A DNA stretch of 64,000 nucleotides, taken from assembly GCA_964304625.1 (NCBI GenBank), contig OZ199840.1, positions 1,776,532 to 1,840,531 on the forward strand, written 5' to 3'. Within the stretch, counting starts at the first letter, position 1. Each line of letters opens with the position of its first letter. Below, in pieces: positions 40,074-51,255 of the stretch. The translations under genes were made by a program, and so were the position numbers. Below the pieces are notes generated by a model, which saw only the letters and a program-made list of their open reading frames with translations, was not told where the DNA came from and searched no databases. This stretch comes from Kudoa neothunni (taxonomy: Eukaryota; Animalia; Cnidaria).

Positions 40074-41819
40074 TTAAGTATATCCTACAAAATTTTATTT
40101 AACTTTTGTTTAATATTTTTGCGAACCACTATTGTAATAAAAGCTTTTTACGCTTTAACGCGTGTAATCTCTATACGTACACTTTTATGGGTCAATCGAA
40201 TGGATTATTGTACATTTTGAATGGTTTTACGGACTTTCAAGGCAGAATATTTCCAATTCCAAACGAGAGTGGGTAGTTTGTGCTAATTTGTTTATATAAT
40301 AGACTAAAATCCAAACTTTTTTAATTTATCACTAAAAAAATTCCTGATTATCGCATAAGTTCAGAAACTTCGAGTATTAAGAATACTCAAGACTCGTATT
40401 TGTAAGCTCCTAATCCTGAACTTGGAAGGGAAATGAATTTTGATAACATTCATCATTATTAGTCTACACGCGGAACCATTACGATTAAAATTGTTATAAT
40501 TAAAAAGATTTGAAAATAATAACTTAGATTTATTTTTAAATTTTAAGCCTATTTGTCCTAAAGTTCATGACAGTTTATAAAATGAATAGTGCATCTTAGA
40601 AATACTCATAAACTCGTTGTTTTATTTTTGCAATATCCGATAATAACCCATTACAATTTTATAAAAAATAATAATTATAATCTTCAAAAATTATAAATAT
40701 AAAACAAATTATGATAAACTTTTCTTGCATATGAATTGAAGTGAAACGCGCTAAATCAAATCCAAAAAAATTTTAGCTCATTATTTATTAATAATAAATT
40801 TTTATTATTTTTATTTATTATTATAATGAAACAATCTCAGTTGATTATTTCTTTTTTAACTATTCTAGAAATTCAATTTTTCTCGATTGAGTTCTAATTT
40901 TTGATTATCGCTTTTAAAGGTTTTTATATCAAATTTCAAGTCTACTAAAAACTTTAAATAAGCTTATATCGCTATTTCAGATATATTTCAGCTCCTTTAA
41001 GTCTTCTATTTCTATCCAAAAAATATTCAAGCAAGCATCACTCAAAAATTTTTTTAATGAAATTCAAATCACAGATAAGCGTTGTACGATGTATATATAT
41101 ATATATATATACATAAATATATGGTTATTAAAAACGTGCTATACTAACTTAGTATCTGATAAACATTTAATTACAATTTCCCTATTAGATAACGTAATGA
41201 ATTATTAAATTATACAACTTTTAAAAAGAATAAAAGGTATTCGATTTCTCCTATATACTATATAGATTAGATATCGATGCTACCACTTTTGTTAATAAAT
41301 ATAATTATTGTAAATTTAGCTAGCCTATAAATAATAATAGGAATGTATATTTATAATGTTTAATTTAAATTGTGTTATCAAAATTAAAATGAAATAAACA
41401 AGAATAATAATAATAATAATAAATATAGTATTATCTCCATTGTTACACGAGATAACTATTAAGAACTCAACAATGTTCCAAATGGTTTTAATCTTACTCC
41501 TTGAGAGGATTAAATATCTATTCAAATTTTGTAATAAATAGATAAATCAGTACAAATCCTAATAAGCTAAAATTCTAATAACAATAATTAACACCATAAG
41601 TAGATTCAATAGATATTAGGTTTGAAATAATAGAATTAACAATGACAGTATATTCAAATTATGTGTATATATAGAATAATACAAAACTGATAAAAACTAT
41701 TTTTGGCTCAATTTAAATTGTTAAAATACTGAAAATTCAATATTTTAATGAATAAAGTGCGAAAAATAAAAAACAAACCAAAAAATGACAACAAATAAAT
41801 GATAATTGAAAAAAATTAA

Positions 41820-44120
41820 AAAAAAACAATCTGCACCAAGGTTTGGTTTAATGGTCTATAAACTCTTCCAATGGGCTCATCTAAAATACAAGTAAAACGA
41901 CGTCACACACACAAGAATACTGATTCCAAAATCTCTTTCAAGCTATCACGCCTTTTTTGCAACACGTTTAGAACAAGATTCGACTACAACGAACATCACA
42001 TTAAGATTAATCAATCAACTGTAACTTATTACAGCGACGCATTTGGTCCGTGCGTTGGAAATTTGATTATCAAGCACTTCAACACTGGGTCCTTCGACTA
42101 TTTGGACACAATCGTTGGCGAAAATTTTATTCTCACTGACTGGAATGGTATAGTTGAGGATGTAATTCTAGATGGGAGAGAAATTCCTCATCAACAAATC
42201 ATCTCAACCACCAAATGACACATTACTGTCAAATTTTGAAGAGTGATTGAGATTTTGCGTTGGATGAATGGGATGAAATATCTTTTAATTCGGGCATCAA
42301 AATAATCCTCTGTGCACAACTCCTAATTGTGCAGTAATAAAACAATTGAATAAATATTCCTTGATCACGTGGACCCACTTTTTCAATTATTTTCCTATGT
42401 AAACTACTAATGTAGCTATCGATTATGGTGTTCATCTGTTGTTGAACTATACAGCAATGAGCAGAAATTAAAGTTTAAATCATGCTGGCGGATGTTATTA
42501 TTAGTTCAAGAATAATACAATGTTTCAAAAAAATCCATGGGGACAGCCCTGTATGGTATAGGCCGTAATGAATCTGTTCCAATAACACCTGAAGGTCGTT
42601 CTCGGTAATCACCTCCGAATCATCCGCCATTTTTTGCGCTTGCGCGTACAAAAAAAACAAAACACACAAATTATACAACAACGCCGTCCAGCATACTAAC
42701 AATAGGATCAATCACATTAAATAACGCAAAATCTAAATAAATCATCTTAAGACAAAAATTGCAGATGCATATCTAAAATTACTTGGAGGTAATGTCTGGC
42801 TGAATGGAGTGAATCTAGAGATCAAGTTCGATCTTTCACATTCGGTCAAGGTGAATGATTCTTGAATGCTTTCCTTCCATAAAAAGCACGTACTAATAAA
42901 TTTTTCAAAGTCATGCGCGAAAAGAAGGTAGAGAGTTTTGTTTCCATTGATTTGGTAGAACTTGATCTTAAAAACAATTATTAATCAACATAAAATAAGT
43001 AGTTGGATAGATTTGAATATTAATTTAAGGAATTAAATTAGTTTATTGAAGTTATAGAATTTAATAAATAAATTCTTAGGTTTTTATCTAGGGAAACTGA
43101 GTATTGATTAGAACATACTACATATTACATATTTAAGTTTAAATATTTTAACAACATTTTAATTTGGTAATAGTGCAACATATATAGGGATGGATGATTT
43201 TATATTGTTGATGCATCTGCGCGATAATTGCGCGAATTATTTTTTTTTAATTTTAACCTCTTTCAACTAATATAGGCGTTATTTTATATAGGTTATTATT
43301 AAATAAAATGTAATCGCAACATATAATGCAGTTTCTTCAGTTTTATTTTTAATCCGAACAACTCACCCCTATATAATGATATAATGATATAAATACAATG
43401 TATTTTTATAATAATCTTCTACAGCTAATTATTTCTAAAAAAGTCTACTTTTGGGGGCCTGGAATAATCAAACATTGAAAAAATAAACGCATTAGAACAG
43501 CCGTTTATTAGCCAATAGATTCCCATAGAATTATAGATACATTAATAGTTATTTGATCAAACGATTACAGGCAAGGATTATTGATGTAGCACAAAAATCC
43601 TAAACTGTGTATGTGTATGTGTATGTATGTGTATGTGTATGTGCGTGCGGGGGTAAAATTTTTAATCCTGTAACCTTTCTCATGAGTTGTATAGTTGTGT
43701 ATAGGTTTAACTTTTTAGAAACTGCTATATTTAATTATTTCTGACAATTAAGAACGAAGCGGCGAGTCAGAAATAATTAAATATAATTAAAATTAATACA
43801 TTTTTTCCGTGCGAAAAGTCATTTACTTAAATAAATGGAAAAAAATATTGAATGGATATTAATAAATTTTTTTAGTTTTTGCATTTATCAGCGTTCCATC
43901 ACCATTAGGTAGGTTACTTTCGGCATTCCAGTTATTCTCAATAATAGTAACCGTAATATTATATTGAACCCCTAGCAGCCTCTCGTAATTATTTTGAAAG
44001 GCACCAACACTCAATCGAGTAACGCAAGCTTTATGTTTTGTAAGATGTGAGTTTGACAACGATGATTTTATGAATTCTCCAATTTTTTTCCTTGGCGATT
44101 GCCTGCCATTAATGCATGCC
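41820..44120 (-). CDS. Uncharacterised multi-exon gene with at least one hydrophobic/TM segment
   Basis: Series of higher-GC open segments bounded by GT/AG (~44120-43950, 42966-42783, 42711-42480, 42450-42229, 42170-42025, 41970-41910). No recognisable family; ends uncertain. Confidence 0.55.
43650..43812 (+). mobile_element. Family C MITE-related fragment with a perfect 20-bp hairpin
   Basis: TATATTTAATTATTTCTGAC (43726-43745) pairs with GTCAGAAATAATTAAATATA (43766-43785). Upstream sequence resembles 44560-44650. Confidence 0.6.
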
Positions 44121-44535
44121 TATAAGAATTTCATATTTTCTGAAAACATTAGGTGTTAAATTATATCAAAAGCATTATGTTAATAACAAAAATAATTTTA
44201 ACGGATGAAATTCGGAGAATCATTATGCAAATTGTTCAACAAATTTCACATTAATTTGTTTAAAAAGATTAGGATTAATTTCCGAATTAATTATAATCTA
44301 TAATCAAAAAATGTTGCCACTATGCTACATTTTAATCAATTATTTATTGTAAAATAAAAATACACAAACGAGATCCTAGATTATTTTATGAATAGTATAA
44401 TAATAATAATAATAATTTATTTTTAAAAAAATAAAGAATAAAACATTATTTGTAGTTTAAATTATTAATAAAATGAATTTTAAAAGGTAAAACTACAAAA
44501 TGATACAAGTTAATTACTTCATGTTAATTAATTAA

Positions 44536-44752
44536 AGGCACTGGCTATTGACACGTAAGTTTTTAATCCAAAATGGCAACTACGCTAGCGCATTGCTCCT
44601 ATTTATTGTTGACATATAAGTTTATTTTTTAGAATCTGCTGTATTTAATTATTTTTGGCCCCTAGAAGCGGTAAGGAAGGGCCAAAAATAATTAAATGTA
44701 GTCCAAACTATACCTACCTGGATATTATGATCCGTGTCAATAGCCACTTCCT
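44536..44752 (+). mobile_element. Family C MITE (Harbinger- or Kolobok-like; TAA/TTAA flanks)
   Basis: TIR AGGCACTGGCTATTGACACG / CGTGTCAATAGCCACTTCCT and an internal perfect 19-bp hairpin at 44643-44697. Confidence 0.8.
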
Positions 44753-45018
44753 TAAATAAATTTTATGGATTACTACAAGTATTTTTATATGATTATATTT
44801 AATTACCTAGGAGGAACACAAAAGTCTAAAGAAAAGGTTCAATAGAAAATAATATTTGTATCTTAAGAATTAAATAAAATTATAAAATTTAATATGCTGA
44901 TATTAGAAACAATTGAGAATTAAAAAAATATGTGACTATAGAAAATCGAAAAATTTATGTTGGGAGGGCATTTTTATTGATTAATTAATTAATTAACGGT
45001 ATTTTTCGGCTTACAATC

Positions 45019-47019
45019 ATGGATCTTTGGGTTTATCTCGTTCTGTTATCACATATTCCGATATTTTGGAATTTAGAAATAGATGATAAAAAAGTAAACA
45101 AAGATTTTGATTGAAATTTGTAACCCCATAATTTGATTTGAGTAGGATATATTTGTTTATGTACCACAATCGTATCTTTATGTTGCATCTTATATATGTG
45201 AATCAAATAAAAATAAATTCTTTGGAGTAAAATGTTTCTCTAATAACAATTTAGTTTGCACTGGTATCTTGACATTTTATGTCTCTATTTATAAGTTTTT
45301 ATAGTGCATAATGATTTACTTAATACAAATATTAAGAGAGAAGATGATTGTTTAATACGATTTTGTAATCTATACGGAGTGGAAAGGGCTAATGTAACGA
45401 TATTTGTGCCAGATGAAAATTTTGAATCAGCGTAGTAGAAAATTTTACATAATTTTCATATCTATGCTTTAATCTTTAGATGGCAAGATTATTACTATCG
45501 AGGATTTCAGATAAATGGTAACAACTATCGTGAAGTAACCGTTGATGGAAAACAGCTTGATATACACTACTCAAAACTCACAACACAAGAAAAAACTTTT
45601 TATTGCTATGGCTTATCAAACGAAAAAACTATTGATTTAACAACAGTAATTCAGTTTGTCTGAGTTTGAAATAATTATTTTTATCCGGTTCAGGCAGATG
45701 GGTATCATTATTCTATCACAGTAATTCTAATTTATGAACCAATTACTCGTTTACTTGATTATAAAAAAAATAAATACTTTCATTTTTCATACATATTTCA
45801 AAAATTAAATCATTTTAAAAAAATTTAAATAGGAGTTTCAAGACTCAGGCTATATATCATTAATGGACGATGTATTATCTTTTGGATACCTCACAGAGAA
45901 CAACATAATTAATCATGATACAGTTACTTACATTATGAATTCAACTAGTTATCCATTTTTTTCCAAATACTTAACAACAATGGGCTACAAATCAATCCTA
46001 CCTAAATTAGTGTACACACACATAAAAGTAACTAAAACAAAGAATTCATTAATATAATCAAAAAATTTTAGCATTCTAAATATCAAGATAATCCAGAAAA
46101 AGGAGATGTTACTCTAAACTTCGTTTGTTCACCAATTAATGACATCATCGAAATGTTATCACCAGAATATCGAGAGTGGATATTTGGGTTAGAAGGTTAC
46201 CATGAAAAATTTCTTAAGCCAATAAATATCGTGGCCGCCTACAATTTTTCCGATTGTTTATCATTGATACAACAGGTGGTTTTGACTTCGAATAACATAT
46301 ACCCTTGGAACGAAATAACTGAAAAGTTTATTTCAATTAAATTTCCCTCGAAAACTGGAAACCCATTGTTTAATGTAAAACTATGATATTCAATTAACTA
46401 TGGATAAACTCTAATGATTATATTTATTAAGGTCTACAATTCACATTTGCGAATCGACACGAACACATTTCAGTCATTGGAAGATATCAAGTCTTCTATC
46501 AAAAATTTTAACACAAATGCGTCCAAAATTGAAGTATCATAATTGGCGCCTATTAAATTAAATAAGTCTCATTAGGAAGTCGTTAATTTAATGTATTATT
46601 ATACTCTGATCGAATATATTTCAAACGAAATTTTTAATGGTGAAAATCCTGGCCAATTCAAACTTGACGTAACCGACAACTTTACAGTCTCTAAGATTAT
46701 AACTATTGTATTTAGTATGTCCCTCTAATATGTGATTCAGAACATATAAATTTTTTCGCTATATCATACTTGAATAAGGGTAACATTGGCAATAGGTGTT
46801 GAAAAATTTAATAATAGATTAGAATCGAATAATAATGAGTCCCAATTCGCTGATAATCCCACTAAAAACACAATATCTTCAGAAAAAAATAATGCGAAGG
46901 TTTCAAGAACTAGTTTGGCTGTGAAGGTTGTTCTTCCAATAATGGCAATACTAATCGTTGTTGGTCTTGTGCTATTTCTCATCATTCGTTATCGAAATCC
47001 TTGGCGTTATCACCAATAA
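45019..47019 (+). CDS. Orphan type I membrane protein (signal peptide, multi-exon ectodomain, C-terminal TM, short tail)
   Basis: Begins MDLWVYLVLLSHIPIFW; about 10 short exons; last exon VVLPIMAILIVVGLVLFLII-RYR. The frame around 45230-45320 could not be resolved. Confidence 0.65.
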
Positions 47020-47765
47020 TTAATTGTTTTCCGGCAGCTACTTATTATATACTAATTATTTAATTGAATTAGTGATAGTATATTAATATTTATTCATTTA
47101 ATAGATTCACATTTTTCATTATATATCAATATCACTTTTATCCTAGAGTTTCACCTAATTAACCATATTTTTAACCTGGCATAATTATATACTAAAATAA
47201 TTTAAAAAGTTAGCATTATACAAATTTTTATAATCCTTTTATTATAAATTAACGAAATTTTTATTCTGTTTGGCGATATATTATTAATTTTTTATAATAT
47301 ATATAAATAATTATTTTATCAAAATTGATTCAAATCAAATACTCTAGATACAATTTCTCTCATTAATGCTTTACAACAAAATTCATTTATAGTTTTATTT
47401 GCTACTGACCATAATTTAACTATTTTGTAAATATTAAATCTATGCAAGATTAGTCTAAGGCGCCTCTAGCTCTAACTCTATCTCTAAATCTGGCATTTTA
47501 ATCTACTCAAAGATAATATCCATGCCCTTCATCAAATACAAGAATATGTTTACTTTGCATAATAAACACATACTTACCAAACACTTTTACGAATAATCAA
47601 AATAATTTTTATGTTTTAAGTTACTTTTTATATATTAATTAAAAATTTGTGCTTAATCTCTTTGTAAATGCTCCCAATCGCTTATCGGAGCTGTTTCCTC
47701 GTATATTTTCATTATTTAAATAATCTTATTCTTACAAGTAATTAAATAACACTTGATTAATTTAA

Positions 47766-48868
47766 CCTTCCGATCGCCTCAAAATACGCAACACGCTCTT
47801 TCTTTTGGTGTCGATATGACCTCAGATATTTTTTTCTTATAATGGTATAATAAAATATTTATGACGTTTTATAGGGACTAAACTTAAATCAAACCATTAA
47901 TTCTGGAGTAATGACTAAAAATAACGGATACGAGATTGTACGAATAATGCCGAAACCAATAAATTGTGTATATAAATCATTATTTGACTAAGTTAAGTCG
48001 TATGACCATCCCTATTTATGAATTTTCGAATATTTGACAAAATTAGAGTAAGGTATAGTTTTGAGAGTTAAAAAAGTCAATCGTCTATCAAGAAAAATGA
48101 AAAGTTTAATATATTTTTTTGAAACCAAATAATTTATTTAGTTGGATCATTTTGAGCAGGTAAGTTTTAAAAATGGTCTTCACAATGTAATTGTCCATCG
48201 AAACTGAATGTTTTTATTTTCTTGTCTCGAACATAGTCAAACGGATAACATCTTTTTCAACTAGAGCGAGGCTCGTTAGTCGCAACGTTGTGCTCAACTT
48301 ATTTAATGTTATCGCGAATACAACTTTTAACTAGACTAACAGCTAACTGTTCTAAAAAGTTGAATCTGACGAAATATCCTAGTAAATGTGAAATGTGTTA
48401 ATTAAGCTAATATCAATCATATTGTAGAAAACAGCTATTGGTCATCGATTTGTGTATCTTTTGACAATTTTTTTGGATATAATCCTACCGACTGTGTGTA
48501 CATCACCCCTGTATTGATTACAATGGAGTATAACTTCCGGTTTCCGCTATTCTAGACTTTACAATCGACGATTTATCTCTTTTTATCAACATTGCAATTT
48601 TCAGCCATTTCTTCATAAATTTCATTTACCTCAGTATCATCATTTGATAATAAATCATGGTCAAAATCAATAATCGTTAAAAAAGTTAACTCGCAGGCGA
48701 TTATTGGCCAACATCGGAAATTTAATTTTTAGCTTTTCTGTGTCCATTTAACAAAATTTCAAATAAATAAATAATATAACAACATTTAATATATAGTTTG
48801 GAAATGTAAAAAATAGCTTTTTGAAAAGAATGACTGCGGTCAGTATGACCCTAGACATGCTCCTAAGG
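47766..48868 (-). mobile_element. Internally deleted piggyBac remnant
   Basis: TTAA-CCTT ... AAGG-TTAA with G(G/T)TC..TATGACC subterminal palindromes. Minus strand reads ..KRYTNR*PIAVFYNMIDISLIN (transposase C-terminus). Confidence 0.8.
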
Positions 48869-48955
48869 TTAAAATATTAATTATCAATTCATTTTTCACC
48901 GTAATATTGATGTGTTAATTATTTAGAAAATTACAAAAATATAATCGCTAACTAT

Positions 48956-48960
<5 letters not shown>

Positions 48961-48990
<30 letters not shown>
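48961..48990. repeat. (AT)n microsatellite; others at ~4342, ~30916, ~41092, and (GTAT/GT)n at ~43606
   Basis: Directly visible. Confidence 0.95.
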
Positions 48991-48993
<3 letters not shown>

Positions 48994-49622
48994 GCGTAAA
49001 TATAACGCAGAAACGTACAATTTTTGATATTTATGCGCACACGCATAAAATTAATTAAGTTGAATGGCAAAAAATAGTTAATATTTTTGATTGAAAGATA
49101 TGATTCTTATTGATATTAAATTAATACTTAGTTGGGACAATATTTGACATTGTTTAATTCTTTCATCTATAAAAGTAACGATAAGCCTAAAATAATTAAG
49201 TTTAGCGATTCAACAAAATTATTTTCTCATGTGCACCCATAAATTAGAGTTGATAAATTTTATAACGGAAACTGGGAAAACTTATACCATGTAATATTAG
49301 CATTCCCCTTAAAAATAGTCTATGCCCTGAAATTGGCGTTAAATTCTTCAAACCTATTTTTTATTTATTTGTTAACCTTTCGAAGCTAACCTTGGTTTGG
49401 ATCCACGTGCCCATCTCTATTATTTAGTAGTAAAAATTGTTATATTTTAGGTAATTTCACCAGAAGTTTAACTAATTTTAGTGCAATAGTCGACTGGCCA
49501 TCCTTTTTTTTAAAAGCAGGTAAAATTCTGACGAAAATACAAAAAATATAATAAATTCAACAAGATTTACAAACGAAACAATACAAGGGTGGTTTCGTGA
49601 AATTAAAGGTTAACTTTTAGAG

Positions 49623-50977
49623 CAGGGCTTCCCGAATAGGTTGGACAATATGGCATACCTATCGTGGGGTTGCGAGTTCGAAGTCTGATCCTGGCGTTCC
49701 TGTACTCCTATTAATTTAATCCGAAATTAAGTAGGAAAGCTGTAGTAATCGCAAGGATCCACGATTTATCGTGTTCTTGCTTGCTTGCTGCTGGAAGTGA
49801 AGCGGAGCAGAAGGGTACAACTCGGGCGCTCATAAACGCCGGAGTACAGGGACGAAATAAAACCCAGTAGGGGGTTCCCGTCGAGCCGGCCCCGCCTTCA
49901 GACGACTTTCCTAAATTAATTCTGGGTTAGTCCAGGGTATGGTTGGGGTGGTGGTAGCTCCGAAACGAGATGTTTAATGGGTTAAAATCCCACACTACCT
50001 CATAAACGTAAGTCGCCTAAAGCGTAAATGGAGAAGACCTAACAAGTTGCGCCAAGAGTTTGACCTTGTAAACAAGCAAAAAATAAATTCCCGATTGGGT
50101 GTCTGAGACTCACATTTTGAGTTAACGAAAATACTTTACGGTCGACCATGATTCCTACATAATGTACCGATTGTAAGTGATCAGAATCTCTCTTAAAAAT
50201 AAGTCATATGCGATTCGTGCACAATCGAATCTGAAATAAATCTGATAAACAAATGATAATTCGATAAATTTTACTTCAAATTAATGTGTTCAATCTACTA
50301 TTTTCTATTTATTCATATATAATACTTTAGTTAAAATCCAAAATACCCCATAGTAAAAAATTAGGAAATATTTACTTTTTAATTGGAAAGATAAACGATT
50401 TATTAGATGCTTTAATTGGGTTGAATTATTACATATTTTTTAAGTAAACTATACGATAAGTAAGGATAAAAATTAAGTAGCATTAAGCACAAATTTTTTA
50501 TTTTGTTTGTTGAATTATGTTAGATTGTTCTATTTCAAATTAGAATCAATTTGCATTCGAAAATTATATAAATTAAAGCCTTACATTCGATACTAGGTCA
50601 CATGTCCATTTAATTTTTAAATATATAATTAAAACAAAAAAACCACAACATTCAAAATTTAGCGCAAGAGGCATTATTCGCACCTGATATTTTCGCTAAA
50701 ATATTAACACATACCTAGAGTTCATTCATAAATTGTAATTTAAGTACAGCCTTAAATGATAATGAGCCTGGTTTGACCTAATTATTGTCTAAAAAATCAT
50801 GAAAGGACTCAAAACATTTAATTTATTATCAGTTGTATTTACTTAATTTAGATTTGTTTTTTAATATAATTTTGGAAAAAATGTTTTTCCCGCTTAAAAA
50901 TAAACCCATTTTTAAATCTTTTTCTAAGAAAGGATGTGGTGGTGGGTGTGGAAACTAAAACGAATCGGGAAGCACTG
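49623..50977. mobile_element. hAT non-autonomous element carrying a retroposon in its left TIR
   Basis: TIRs CAGGGCTTCCCGA / TCGGGAAGCACTG; TSD TTTTAGAG / CTTTGGAG. Confidence 0.82.
49642..50087 (+). mobile_element. ~445-bp SINE-like or 5'-truncated non-LTR retroposon
   Basis: GC-rich island with an A-rich 3' tail (AAAAAATAAA), a 13-bp TSD TTCCCGAATAGGT / TTCCCGATTGGGT (11/13), and a B-box-like GAGTTCGAAGTC at ~49674. Confidence 0.7.
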
Positions 50978-51255
50978 CTTTGGAGGTTAAGAAAGCATTA
51001 AAATATAATTTGAGCGCGTAAACTTTCTTAAATTTTACAATTCTGCAATTATATTGTTTTTAATTTTTTGTGTACATTCAAAAAATTTTAAAAATTACAC
51101 GTAACAAAAAATTGAATTTTCGTTCTTTCATAATTAGTTAATGGTAAAAATCGCTTTAAATATAAAAGTATACCATCCTTATTTAACGTTGATGAATAAT
51201 TGGAATTATGAATGCAGTCAGTATACGATGGGCTCACGTTGTTGATTTGAAAAGT

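Noticed and set aside
41871-42218. 115-aa plus-strand ORF
   Set aside because: Overlaps plausible minus-strand exons with good splice sites; probably an antisense shadow.
49376-49609. piggyBac MITE (TTAA-CCTTT...AAAGG-TTAA)
   Set aside because: Only 5 bp of terminal match; plausible but not supportable.
49683-49885. Hammerhead ribozyme (CTGAT...stem...GACGAAA)
   Set aside because: The core needs CUGANGA directly before stem II; the sequence is CTGATCCTGG, and no convincing stem III/NUH site is present.
49675-49912. RNase P RNA (GAAGTCTGA ... TTCAGAC P4-like pairing)
   Set aside because: Conserved CR-I and CR-V residues are missing, helix order is wrong, and the segment has a retroposon tail and TSD.
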